From contig NC_092390.1 in the NCBI RefSeq assembly GCF_030028105.1, positions 31,354,777 to 31,418,776 of the forward strand: a stretch of DNA of 64,000 nucleotides, given 5' to 3'. Origin of the DNA: Mobula birostris (Eukaryota). The position numbers and the translations under genes were made by a program. Below, piece by piece: positions 48,881 to 62,309 of this stretch. The notes under the pieces are model-generated. The model was not told the origin of the DNA and did not search any database. It worked only from the letters and a program-made list of their open reading frames with translations. The number at the start of each line of letters is the position of its first letter. Within the stretch, counting starts at the first letter, position 1.

Positions 48881-49459
48881 TAGACCATAAGACATAGGAG
48901 CGGAATTAGGCCACTTGAAACTTTACCGTTCCCTGGAATCTGGTTCACTACACAACACCCAAACCAGAACTGCTTTTCCACTAGTGGGCACAACCACAAG
49001 CTGCACTAAAAAGCCATTTCAAAGGCATTCTACAAATTCCCTCTCTTGGGATAAAGCACCAACCTGATTTTTCCTAATCTACCTGCATATTGAAATCCCC
49101 CATGACTATCACAACATTGCCCTTATTACATGCCTTTTCATTTTCCCATTGAAACTTATATCCCACATCCTGGCTGCTGGTGGGTGTTCTGTACCTACAC
49201 ACAACAGGGTCTTTTCACCCTTGCAGTTTCTCAACTCTACCCACAAGAATTCTATGTCTTCTGATCCTACTTACATCACTTCTTCATAAGCATATTGATT
49301 TCATTTCTCATATGGCCATCTACCTGATCGGGGAGCTTGGCAGGTGCTACACCTTGCCCAAGGGTGATGTGGAGGCAAGCAGAGGGAAGGAGTGCCTTAC
49401 ACCTGCTTCGGTAGAAACCGCATCACCATCCCACCACCCAAATTTACAGTAGGATGGTG

Positions 49460-50467
49460 TTACCTGGCTGATGCACAGTATTAGATTTATGCCTCATGAA
49501 CTGCTTTGTGTTGAGGCCAAAAAGTTCCACTTTAGTCTCATCCGACCACAAGATCTTCTTCTACATCTTGACAGTATCTTCTAAGTGACACTTTCCTAAG
49601 TCTTTACAGGCAAGGATATGCTTTTTTTTTAGCCAGGACTTCTTCCTTGCCTCTCTTTCATAAATACCCTTTTTGTGCCGGGCCTTAGACATTGTGGAGC
49701 CATGAGCTTCATCTCCAGTTGCAGCCATTGACTTTTGTAGCTCACTCAGAGGGACCACTTGTGTCACAATAGCCTCTCTTACAGGAGCCTTTTTTCTCCA
49801 CTGACTAAGTTTAGAGAAACAGCCTGACCTAGGCAGTATGGCTGTAGTTTCATATTTTTCTGCTTTTTAATGATGGACTCTCCTGAGCTCCGAGGTGTTT
49901 AGTGCCTTTGAGGTGGTCTTGTACCCTCCCCCAGATTTGTGTGTCTCTATTAGAATTTCCTTGACTTGTCTTGAAAGCTCTTTTGTTCATTTTGGTTTGG
50001 TCCATTAAAAATCTACTGTACTGTTGGACCTTACAGAGAAAGGGGTATTACACACAAAATGCTGGTGAATGCAGCAGGCTAGGCAGCATCTATAGTCGAC
50101 ATTTCGGGTCGAGACACTTCGTCAGAGAAAGGGGTATTTATTCTTGTGAATTCACTTAAATCAGGTGATTCTCCAATTTTCTACAGTATCTCAACAAATT
50201 GGTAAATTTATATGGTAATGCAGTGTATTGCACCAAAGGAAAGTTAGCGTAATAATTACAAAGGGGATAAATACTTTTTCAGCCTTACAATTTTGTTTTT
50301 AAATTTTTAATAAATTGTTGATAGGTTTTGGAATTTTTCTTTTGATTTAACATGATGTACAATGTTCCATAGATTAGCTCAAAAATCCTACTATATCTTA
50401 AATTTAGAAAATGGGACAGTAAAATATGAAAACATTTGTGGGGTCTGAAGACATTTTCAAGGCACTG
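49460..50467 (-). mobile_element. Tc1-like transposon 5' half
   Basis: TA|cagtgccttgaaaa terminus; transposase remnant ARKKSWLKKKH...KKILWSDETKVELFG. Confidence 0.8.
50050..50122 (-). mobile_element. 73-bp Penelope terminus inserted in the Tc1
   Basis: 16-bp direct repeat cagagaaaggggtatt at 50034-50049 and 50123-50138. Confidence 0.75.
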
Positions 50468-50554
50468 TATGCTAAAATCTGTGCAGCCAAACCTTGTATC
50501 TGATTGTCTTGGAACCCTTTGTCATTGGCCAAGATTTCTCTTTTAGTGATTTAA

Positions 50555-51110
50555 TTTTATTATTTATTTATTGAGATACAGTGCTGAATAGCTCCGTCTA
50601 CCCCTTCGAGCTGCGCCACCCAGCAACCTTAGCCTAATCACAGGACAATTTACAATGACCAATTAACCTACCAAACAGTAGGTGGTTGGACTGTAGCAGG
50701 AAACTGGAACACCCAGAGGAAACCCACGCTGTCACAGATAGAACATTCAAACTCCTTACAGGCACTGGTGAGAATTGAACCCATGTTGCTGGTACTGTAA
50801 GGTATTGTTCTAACTGCATTACCTTGCACCCTTTTATTTAGAGACACAGTGCAGAACAGCCCCTTTTGGCCCAATGAGCTGCACCGCCCAGCAACCCACC
50901 TACTGAAAACTCCCCTAATCACAAGACAAGTTACAATGACCAATTAATCGACTAACCGATATATCTTGGGCTTGTGGGAGGGAACTGAAGCACCTGGAGG
51001 AGACACACACGGTTCACAGGGAGTACAAACTCCTCGTAGATGACGCTGGAATTGAACTCCAAACTCTGGAACGCCCCAAGTTGTAAAAGCACTATGCTAT
51101 GTGGCGTCCC
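50555..51110 (-). mobile_element. Two tandem HE1/V-SINE-like SINEs
   Basis: Repeated ttta-tail, ctaatcacaggacaatttacaatgaccaattaa and ggaaactggaacaccc cores. Confidence 0.7.
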
Positions 51111-52236
51111 AGTAGAAGTGTTAGTTGGTGTGTTGTGATAAAGCTATATTAAAGTAGTTCATGTCTGGGCATCTTTCACAGACCAGAACGGAATGAAAGC
51201 AAGATCCCAATGGACAACCTAAAGAGGAGAGCAAGCTTGCAGGAATTTACAGAGTCTAACTCAATATTACAGACCTCCTTTAATAAAAAAAATGGAAAGC
51301 CAGTTTAGATTCCAAAACAATAATCCTCATAATACTATGTCAATTCACTACTTTATGTTAATGACAATTTTGACTGAGTTTAAAAAAACATTGAAGCAGT
51401 GGAAGTGACGACATATTAAGATGACTCAAAGGTGGTTTAAGAATGTGTAGGATGGCAGGCACCAAAATCCATCAGATTCGCTCCTAAAATTAGCTCCTTA
51501 AATTGAAAACAGAAATGTGTAATTAGATACAGAATGATCTACAGAACGCATACCTGTCAATGAAATTTTCAATCTACACCATTATGCTTTGACAAAACTT
51601 GAATCAGGGAAACATATTTCTTCTATGTTTCACTGAGGATTTTGGACAACATATTGGTCAGGAGTTAATGAGAGGAGATGTGTGTTTGATGTACGCCAAG
51701 TAGTTTTGTTTAGCTATTACTGGCATCAGTAGGTAGTGATTCAAGCCATTCATGCGAGTTGGCGATAGCCCCCCAAGGTAACACCAGCGTGGTTGAAGTG
51801 AGTGAGTGGAGTAAAATCAATAATTGGATACTTTATGTCTGTTTGATGAATGGAATGAGCCTAGCATGTTGAATGACCTTTGTATTAATCCATGTTAGTC
51901 ATAGAACTTCATGGTTTGTGGATATTTTTTGACAAGTAAAGTCTTGTATGCTGACTAATTGAATCAGTTAGGTCTTCAATCAGAATGATCTTGCCTGCAA
52001 TCTGGTGCATTCCTAAAATATTTCTAATCTAAGTCATTCTCCTGAACAATGGATTCTCCTTCACAGGATTCCAGTAGAGCTACTAAATAGCATTGCTGGG
52101 ATTCTAACTGAAGTCCTTCTCTGTTGGAACTGCACACGTTGCTAATGAATTCACAAAGGCTAGTTTTGCCATAATTCCAGTACTTGTGCCACCTCGAGAT
52201 GGGTAGACATTTAGAGTAATGCAGATATAAAGGTGT

Positions 52237-52546
52237 TAAAAATAGGCATCCGTTAGTCTTGTTGAGACCATGGATTTATGCCTTGGAAGGTTTCCAGGGC
52301 ATAGGCCTGGGCAAGGTTGTATGGAAGACCGGCAGTTGCCCATACTGCAAGTCTCCCCTCTCCACGCCACCGATGTTGTCCAAGGGAAGGGCACTAGGAC
52401 TGATACAGCTTGGCACCGGTGTCGTCGCAGAGCAATGTGTGGTTAAGTGCCTTGCTGAAGGACACAACATGCTGCCTCAGCTGAGGCTCGAACTAGCGAC
52501 CTTCAGATCACTAGACCGATGCCTTAACCACTTGGCCACGCCAATC
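52237..52546 (-). mobile_element. tRNA-derived SINE (same family as 36887-37202)
   Basis: Same head and tail; TSD ataaaggtgt (52227-52236, 52547-52556). Confidence 0.8.
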
Positions 52547-55500
52547 ATAAAGGTGTATGATTGGAAAATCATGGTGTGACACAATTGCTGATCCAATGGT
52601 CTCTTGATTAGTCTCCCCATTTTAACCTTGTACAATCTTGAGCTCAATTAAACTAACCCAACTCCCTCCTATATCTTAAAGCTTACCTAATCCCATTTGT
52701 CCAGGAGTCTTCTAACTTACTTTTCTTCCTGTTATGACAAGGCTTCAATTCAATATTCTAAGCCTTGTTTTCAAATTTGTTCCTTCCGCTTACATTATCT
52801 CCTGAAGATTTGGAAATGGTTTGGTTTGGAGCTGAATTTCCAGATTTTGGACTGAGCTGGCAGAAGGTAATAAGTTGTATAGTCATAGAGTCCTAGAAGA
52901 TAAAGAGTACCTTTATTTGTCACAGGTACATCAAAACTTCCTGACATACAGAGATATATGTTATTTTGTGTCAATGACTAACACTGTCTGAGAATGAGCT
53001 GGGGGTAGCCCATAAATCTCAACATGCTTCCAGGGCAACTTAGCATGTCTGCAACTTGGAAATAAGATGTTTATGCCACCAAGTTCATGCTGTCAACTCT
53101 ACCTACCTACACTAATCCCACCTGAGTACAAAACTCTTCCTATCTAACCATCTCTCATTCAATTCTGAGGCCTCCTTTGGACGGGGTCGACCATGAATTC
53201 TGTGTCCTAGCTGTCTAGGTATGCAAAGCCAGGACAGTACAATATGGAGAGCAAGCTCCCCCCTCTTCATGCATCTGATGAAACCAAAGGAACGGCAGAG
53301 ACTGATACAGTTTGGCACCAGCAGTGTCACAGGCGTTGCCAGTCAGTGTTGAACTCAATGTAGGACTTCCTTAGGGACTCCCACTCCAGATGTTTCCCTT
53401 GGGGCTTATGCCTGAAGCCTTCCCCATGAGTGGGTATATCTGCAATGCAGAGGAGGTTTGAGATGAGAGTTTTCCTTCTCTTAGATGAGCTTCCAACCAT
53501 GGCTGACAAGCCCCATTTGCTCAGAGACTGGTTTTAAGTTGTCAGTAACCTGCCTTTGCCCCTTCTCCAGTCGGTAGGAATGGTTCCACTGGGCTTAGTA
53601 GCTAAGCCACATCAATAAAAGTAACTGATATCTCCACAATTTTTTGACTTGAAATTTACAACATATTTTATTTCTGGCCTTAGCTATGATATAAATAAAC
53701 TCTGCTGGTCTACAAACCTAAATGTGTAAATTATGATTGTAGCAACATGTGAAAGGTTTGTATTGCGTTTTTGAGAAACCTTTTGTATTGATCTGATTGT
53801 TTATTAATTGTTTGACTTTTACTTCATAAGAATGAAACTGGAAGTGATCACTTGATAGGCAGGTTGATAGTGAATTTGGGGCATTTTAGGATCAAAAACC
53901 AAATTTGCATTGTATTTTTAAGGGAAAGTAACAAAATTCTCTTAGAGATAACAAAGAACATTAAAAACATTTTATTGATCCTTGTACCTTGCTGGAGTAT
54001 TCTGAAATTACATGAAATAAACACAATTCAACCTCTTAAGTTTTGAACATTGAAACTAAATTTAATCCTTATGGTGGGGCATTTAAAATGAGAATGCATG
54101 ATCAAAAGTTTCCTTTCGTTGCACAGAAGGGGGAAAATTAACATGTAGTTCATTTCAATTTAATTGTGTGTTGCCGCAGATCCAAGTCTGTGGTGAACTG
54201 GGGACAGGTTTTATTTTAACCAGCCAATGTGGGGAGTGGTGTGAAAAGGAGGTTGTTTAGGGAGCTCTTTGATGAAGTGAGATCAAACAGAATTGTCAAA
54301 CCGAACTAACCTCGTGTCTTAATCAGGCTTTTGGGGACATGTTGTTTACATAAACACGCCAGATTGACTTAGTTTCTTCCTACACTTCTATAGACTGGAA
54401 CTGAGTATAGCGTCAAGCTAGGTACATCTAATCCTTATTAAGAAGCCTGGCTGCCAAACTAATCCATTTAGACTACACTGGCTGCTCACGTGAGCTCTTG
54501 AAATACACGTCGACTTTGATTGAAATTGACAGGAAAAAAAGTGTCAAGATTTGAAGCTGCACACATTGGATTTCAAGCAAAAGTAAAAGCCTGACGCTAT
54601 CTTGTGGATTCCAGTGCGATGCCTGTTGAACTAGTAGAGTAGTTCTGAACCAAATGCACAAACTATGATTATTCATGAGTTTGACCCATTCTTCTATTTA
54701 TGTGTATTAAAGCAGCATGAGATGATCAGAGTATTGCTTATTGTGTCTTATCCACTGACGTGCCGGTCACCTAAGTGATTTATTTTTGTCACTTACTAGC
54801 AAGAAAAAGCACTTCTACGGAAGGAAGATCTCCTCAACACTGACGATTGCTATGATTATCTAATGTTGATGTAGTTGCCTTTCTTTATTATGTCACAACA
54901 TAATCTCACAAAACAAAAATCCACAAGGCATTTCTCCCCCCTTGGAGAATGTGAGCATCAACATTACTGATTTTAGTTGATCTGCAGTGACATACAGTGG
55001 CACAAAGCTGGACGGCACTGACGCACGGACAGCTTCTACCCTGCTGTTTATCACCCTTCAATGGACTTTTCATATGTTAAAGTTGAATTCTTGATTAGCT
55101 AGTTTATCTCGATACCTTTCTACATTTTTGTTCCCCTGCACTGAATTTTCTCAATGGCTGCAACACTATATTCTACATTGTTTTCTTTTTACCATCTCGA
55201 TGTACTTTTGTTAGCATGATCTGCCTGGATGACGGACAAAGTTTTTCCACTGTGTCTCAGTGCACGTGATATTAAACCAATACCGATTTAAAAAAAATAC
55301 AGTAGCAGTTGCTTTAAATGGTAGTTAGCTCCCCGTGTGTTATGCATTTGAAAAGGAATTCTCATCACAATCTTAATCTGTCTCCCCTTTTATCTCTTAT
55401 GTTTTCTAACTTCAAAACATCAAACCAATTCAAAGAAAGACGCGGCAGTCCGAAACGCGGGTCTAACTTCAAGTTTACCTTAAGCGAGGCGTGCACATAT

Positions 55501-55639
55501 CACGTGGTATCGTTTTGACGTATGCAATCAACCTATTTTTACATTAACCCATAATGAATTATTTTAAATGAACAAGAATGCATAATCAACAATATATTTA
55601 CACGATTACTCAAAATTACCGAAATATTAAATACACAGT

Positions 55640-55990
55640 ACTTCTCCACACTCGCCCATCACTCCCTGTGGTGCCCCCTTCCCCCCTTCCCCTCATGGTC
55701 TACTCTTTTCTGCGATCAGATTCCTTCTTTTCAGTCCTTTACCTTTTCCACCTTTTACCTCCGAGCTTTTCACTTCGTTCTCCCCTCCCACCTACCCACC
55801 TTCCCACCTTCCCCCTTATCTGACTTCACCTATCAGCTGTCAATTTGTACCTTTTCCTTCTCTCCACCTGCTCATTCTGTCTCCCACCCTCCAGTCCTAA
55901 TGAAGGTCTCAGCCCAAAATGTTGACTGTTTATTTCCCTCCGTAGGTGCTGCCTGACCTGCTGAATTCCTCCATCACTTCGCGTGTTGCA
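55640..55990 (+). mobile_element. Penelope 3' terminus with degenerate hammerhead
   Basis: cagtcctaatgaaggtctcagcccaaaatgttgactg at ~55892. Confidence 0.65.
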
Positions 55991-56075
55991 TCATAATCTT
56001 AATCCAGGAAGAATATTTACCCATAGTTCAAAAGGAGTAAACTATGGAATGATGCAAGACTCCCGGAGCATTTAG

Positions 56076-56888
56076 CAGACATCCCACCCTGCAAAAACTC
56101 ATTTCAGGGAGGTCTCAACCTCATAGAAGTCTGTGTCAATGAATTAGCCTCCCTAATATGTTGTGGTCCCTGAAAGAAATAAAAGCATAAGGTGTATCCT
56201 TATTATATTGTCTTATGCAAAAAAGTGACATTAAAATATGTACTTAACATTATCATGGAGTCATTTTTTAAATTCTATTCCAACTTTAAGCAAGTCTACA
56301 GGGAGTTTGGCCTCATCATGTAGGACATCAATAGAGTAGCTCCTGAGCAGCCAGCCAGCTAGTTTAAATAATGTTAGCTATGCTAATGAATGAATGACAC
56401 ATGTTAAACTCACCTCAACATGTCTTTTACAGTCATTTAACCCACCAGGGACAATAGAAAAGTCACTGTGGCAAACAGTGTAGTGAGCAACACTGTCATT
56501 ATTTTTGACCCCTGTTAGACAGGGGTGCACTTTGGTCTGGGGCAAAGTACATTTCATATTTTCTTTTTTTTTGGAACACCCTGCCATGGCACTGCAGGAC
56601 ACTAAAATGAACTGATGGACAATGAAAGGGAGAGAGAGGTCGACTGTAAAGCCTGCCCACAGAGAAAACTGATAGGTCTACTCAGCACAAAGGGAGACCA
56701 ATCAGGATGCTCTCTCTGTCACTCTCTCACTACACCTGTCACTCGCTCGCTCTCTCTCTCTTTCCCTCTCACTTGCTCGCTCTCAAAAAAATGGATTTCC
56801 GGGATATTGTATATAATTTGCGGGCATCAGGGAGCTGCTATCAATATGCAGGAGACTCCCGGAACTTCCGGGAGAGGTGGGATGTCTG
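56076..56888 (-). mobile_element. hAT-like internally deleted DNA transposon
   Basis: 13-bp TIR cagacatcccacc / ggtgggatgtctg; 6-bp TSD atttag; zinc-finger remnant AHYTVCHSDFSIVPGGLNDCKRH. Confidence 0.75.
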
Positions 56889-56894
56889 ATTTAG

Positions 56895-57822
56895 TGGCCG
56901 TTTCAAAGCAGTGACTAGTGGTGTTCCGCAGGGGTCAGTATTAGGACCATTTTTTAATGTGATATGTCAGCGATTAAGATGACAGAATCGATGGTTTTGT
57001 GGCCAAGTTTGTAGATGATACAAAGAAGGGTGGAGGGACAGGTAGTGTTGAGGAAGCAGGGAGCCTGCAGAAGGACTTGGAAAGATTAGGAAAATGGGCA
57101 AAAACATGGCTGATGGAACATAGTGTAGGGAAGTGTAAGGTCATACACCTCGGTAGAAGGCATAGACTATTTCCTAAACAGGGAGAAAATCAAAAAATCA
57201 GAGATGCAAAGCAACTTGGTATTCCTTGTGTATGATTCCCTAAAAGTTGAGTCAGTGGTAAGAAAGGCAAATGCAATGTTATAATTCATTTTGAGAGGAC
57301 AAGAATATAAAAGCAATGATTTAATGCTGAGGCTTTATAAGGTTTTGGTCAGACCACACTTGGAGCATTGGAAGAGCAGTTTTGGGTCCTGTAAGTGAAG
57401 ATACACTGGCATTGGAGAGAGTGCAGTGCAGGTTCACAAGAATGATTTGGGGAATGAAAGGGTTAATGTATGAGGAGCATTTGATGCGCTGGGCCTGTAT
57501 TTGCTGGAGTTTAGAAGAATGGGGGTGGATCCCATTGAAACCTATTGAATATCGAAAGGCCTTGATAGAGTAGATGTGGAGAGGATGTTTCCTCTAGTGG
57601 GTTGTTTAGGACCAGAGGGTACAGCCTCAACTGAAGGACATCCATTTACAACAGAGAAGAGAAGTTGATGGTTCTTGATTAATCAGAGTGTCAACAGGTT
57701 AAGGGGAGAAGGCAGATGAATGGGATTGACAGGAATAATAAATCAGCCATGATCAAATGGCAGAGCAGACCTGATGGGCTGAATAGCCTAATTCTACTCC
57801 TATGTTTTATGGTCTTATGGTA
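56895..57822 (+). mobile_element. CR1 LINE 3' fragment
   Basis: VTSGVPQGSVLGP, AKFVDDTK, LQKDLERL; (tatggtct) tail. Confidence 0.88.
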
Positions 57823-60213
57823 ATCAAGTCCCATAAATAGCAACAAAACAGGGGTTGAGATAAAGTGGATTTAAAGGCTGGATGTTGTTGAACATGTAGT
57901 TCCATTATAAAGTTAACACAGAGTGCGCCACACCTGAACCTTGGTGAAGTTCTGTCACAAGGATCCTACTGATACCAAGCATGTTAACATTCAAAGGGAA
58001 CATGCTCAAAATGGAATTTGAAGAATTTTGGAAAATATAATCTGCAACACCTCTCCAATACACATTTGTAGATTGTCTTCCCAATGGCAAAACAGGAAAT
58101 TTAGTTTCAAATACTCCATAATTTTAATGATGCACTTATTCAAGCACTTCCACCCCAAGTCAAAGTAGCTCACAATGGATTCACATTGAAGTAAGAGATG
58201 CATTTGCCCCTCAAAATGTTCACATCTCCCTGTTGGCAGACCTTCCACTTTGAATTTGCTTTGGGTACAGTATAACTCATGACTCCTGCAAAGCTACATT
58301 TCAAAAGCACAGCCATTGTGCTGGAAATTCTGTAACCTTAATCCCAATTTTCCTCAAGCTTAAAATGGCTGAAATGAAAACAAAAAATGCCAGAAACACT
58401 CAGCAGGACTGGCAACAGTAGAAGAGAAAGAAACAGAGTCAATGTTTCAGGTCGAATGTCCTACTGCTTGAATTATGTCTGGAGCTGTTTGTTAGTATGA
58501 ATCATGTAAGATAATTCTACAGACATTTTGTTCAGCAGAAGTTGGACACTGAGTAGTACCTGAACTGAAACTGCAGAGTAGACAAAAATGAATGGAAACA
58601 GCAATGGACATCGGTAAGTGTCAGCAGTGGAGCCATGCCATCTGGGAACATGCATTCATCAGAAATTCATGCATGTGTTATATACTTACCGTGATTTAAA
58701 CTAATGGTCAGAAAATTATGTGCATCCCATTCACAAATTTCCAATATGGTATGCATTAATATTTCTAATATTTGCCGCTGTTGTGCAAGTTTTCCTTTGG
58801 GAACAGCAAAACCATGATGTCATGCAAGTCTATTTCGATTTGCTTTGCTTTTAGTTTTACTCATTTGATATTGCTTTCAAATGAATAATTGTCTTGATTT
58901 AGGGCTGTTATGATTCTTTTTTCATAAAAAGCAAAACAAAGCTTACAGTGTGAATATCGAGATGTTCCACAGTAAAGGTGGGAATACTGGTTTGTCAGTA
59001 ACTATAACAAAATAGGGGAAACCTTTATATTTCTTGCGGCCTTTTCCTCAATGAAAATCATTTCTGCTTTGCATCTGTTGCAGGGGAATTAAAGTTGAAT
59101 TTAACGTAAATCTATTTAATTTTAATTCACCCATGCAATTTTCAGTTATGCTATGTTGTCTTTATGCCAATACACGATTCTTAATTCACAATTTTAAAAT
59201 CCTGATTTAAAAGGTTATTTAAACAATTTAATAAAATAATGGCTGAACATCTAGAATTTTCATAATTCTCTTTGCCTGCTGATTCATAAGCCAATATCCA
59301 AGGAGTGACAAGTCTTTAATATCATGTATTGCTTTACAAAGAAACCTTACCTCTATCTTCTCATTGTTTTGCATTCAATAATGTGATTTCAGAAACAACG
59401 TGTTGCTGTCCATCCAAAACCAACAATGTAAAGGAACAGCACCTTCTCTTCATTCAACCACAAGGCAAAGGTCCATGCTTTTGTTTGCTGTGGTGATTGA
59501 GCCTATGGCAATGGCAATTGGATCTCGTCCTGAAAATAGTGGCACAGACTAGAGGAAGTGGAAAAAAAACATGTGCATTTGCACTGACATAATCTGTGCT
59601 TTATCTATGTTATAGCAGCTGCTCACTCCTGTGAGTAATTGGATATAGAATACACTTGGACTTACTGCAATTCTGTTATGGAATCCTTTGTGCTGCCTTC
59701 TATTGGACCTGTTGCTAAAAAAACAGGACCAACACAGGAATACAGCACAGCACAGGAACAGATCCTTTGGCCCACGATATCTGCAACAACTATCTTACAT
59801 CTCAACTTACTTTCTGTGCATTCGCCTCCACCTCCACTTTTCTAATTCCAGCACTAGCACAGTCATCTACCAATTTGCACATCATTGCGTCACGGAAGGA
59901 AACCAGGGCAAACTCTTGAAATCACAGGAAGAGTGTTCAACCTCAAGGACAGGTCAATCGTTGGAGCGGTTAGACAGCAGCTTTACCCACTGTGTCATCA
60001 TGCTCTCATGTGGAACCATTCCGTGATCTTTTGATTTTGGGCAGCAGGCTGCTTTATTTGCAGACATGCAAGACTGCAGATGCCTGCTAACAGTAAGTCA
60101 GCAGCTCAAGCAGCATTTGTGGGAGGAAGGGAATTGTTGACATTTCAAACTGAAACTCTACATCAGGAACTGAACTTCTACAATTCCTTTCCTCCCACAG
60201 ATGCTGCTTGATA

Positions 60214-61034
60214 TAAGAACATAAGAAATCGGAGCAGGACTAGACCATCTGGCCCGTCCAGCCTGGTCCACCATTCAATAAGATCACGGCTTATCTGGCC
60301 ATGGACTCATCTGCACTTATCTGCCTCCCCCCCCCATAACCCTTAATTCCCCTACTATACAAAAATCTATCCAACCTTGTCTTAAATATATTTTCTGATG
60401 TAGCCTCCACTGCTTCATTGGGCAGAGAATTCCATAGATTCACCACTCTCTAGGAAAAGCAGTTCCTCCCCATCTCCATCCTAAATCTACTCCCACGAAT
60501 CTTGAGGCTATGGCCCTAGCTCTAGTCTCACCTACCAATGGAAACAACTTTCCTGCCTCTATTTTATCTATTCCTTTCATAATTTTATATGTTTCTATAC
60601 GGTCTTCTCTCATTCTTCTGAATTCCAGTGAGTACAGTCCCAGGCGACTCAATCTCTCTTCATATTCTAAGCCCCTCATCTCTGGAATCAACCCGATGAA
60701 CCTCCTCTGCACCCCCTGCAAAGGCATTGTATCCTTCCTCAAGTAAGGAGGCCAGAACTGCACACAGAACTCCAAGTGTGGCCTTGCCAGTACCCTGTAC
60801 AGTTGCAGCATAACCTCCTTGCTCTTAAATTTAGTCCCCCTAGCAATGAAGGCCAACATTCCATTTACCTTGCTGATAGTCTGCTGCACCTGCAAAACAA
60901 CCTTTTGTGATTCATGCACAAGCACTTTCAAGTCCCTCTGCACAGAGGCATGCTGCAATATTTTATCATTTAAATAATAACCTGCTCTTTCATTTTTCCT
61001 TCTAAAGTGGATGACCTCGCATTTACCAACGTTG
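60214..61034 (-). mobile_element. CR1 LINE 3' fragment
   Basis: ORF 60440-60958: LYRVLARPHLEFCVQFWPPYLRKD...ERLSRLGLYSLEFRR. Confidence 0.9.
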
Positions 61035-61504
61035 ACCCACTAAGTCAGATTGTTTGACGTTGCTTTTCTTGTTTGGTTATACCGAATTAAGAGTTTGCAC
61101 TAAAATTATTTTATAATTTTCATAAAACATAACATCTCACCTTAACCAACATTTCCCCAGAGCATAATGCAAAATAATCATTTACTTTTGTCAAAAGTGA
61201 ATGAAAGTTCAGAGGAGTTTTTAAGAGTAGAAAATATGATTAACATGAAAAATATGCAATTTTTATGTGTATTCTTCTGCTTTTAAAATGTTTTGGAGCC
61301 TCCTCAATTCTTTCCAAATTCTTCAGCAAGTCTTGCTATTCCCCTTGTAGGGTATCACTCTGTTGTGCAAGTTCCTGTTCTCTTCAATAACTACACACTT
61401 CATTATTTCACATATTCTGCACATGTTCTCTTTCCAATGCCTCACCACACCAATCTGGCCTGTGAGGTTCATGAAGCCATTTATTCATTGAATTGTGAGG
61501 GGAA

Positions 61505-62278
61505 TCTTAATGATGAAGACATACAGGAGTGAGGGAGGTCAGCTGGTTGAGTGGCATTGCAACAACAGCCTTGCACTCAACGCCAGTAAGACCAAGGGAA
61601 TGATTGTGGGTTTCAGGAAGGGGAAATAGGAGAGCACAGACCAGTCCTAATCGAGGGGTCAACAGTGGAAAGGGTGAGCAGCGTCAAGTTCCTGGGTGTC
61701 AGCATCTCTGAAGATCTATCCTAGACCTACATATTGATGCAATTACAAAGAAGGCATGCTAGCAACAATATTACATTAGAAGTTTGAGATTTGTTATATC
61801 ACCAAAGACTCCAGCAAATGTCTACAGATGTACCATGGAGGACGTTCTAACTGGTTGAATCACCATGTGATGTGGAGGCACCAATGCACAGGATCTTAAA
61901 AAGCTCCAGAAGGTTGTAAACTCAGCCAGCTCCATAAAGGGCACCAGCCTCCCCACATTGAGGGCATATTCAAAAGTCGATGCCTCAAGAAAGTGACATC
62001 CATCTTCAAGGACCCCCACCACTCAGGACATGCCTTCTTCATATTATTGCCATCAGGCAGGAGGTACAGGAGCCTGAAGTCAAACAGTCAAAATTGTAGG
62101 AACAGCATTTCCTCCACTATCAGATTTCTGAATTGTTCATGAAACCACTATTCTGCTCTTTCTGCACTACTTACGTATCTTTTCTATTGCTTATTGTACC
62201 TTATGGTTTTTTTAAAATGTACTGCACTGTTCTGCAGCCACAAGACAGCAAATTTCATGGCATATGTTATTGATAATA
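61505..62278 (+). mobile_element. Rex1-like LINE 3' fragment
   Basis: NNSLALNASKTKGMIVGFRK, VKFLGVSISEDL and LPSGRRYRSLK remnants. Confidence 0.75.
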
Positions 62279-62309
62279 AGCTGCATTGAAATATGAAGAC
62301 AGTACATGT

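Noticed and set aside
55400-55637. Possible short solo LTR (TG...CA, CpG-containing)
   Set aside because: No TSD could be identified and there is no second copy in the window.
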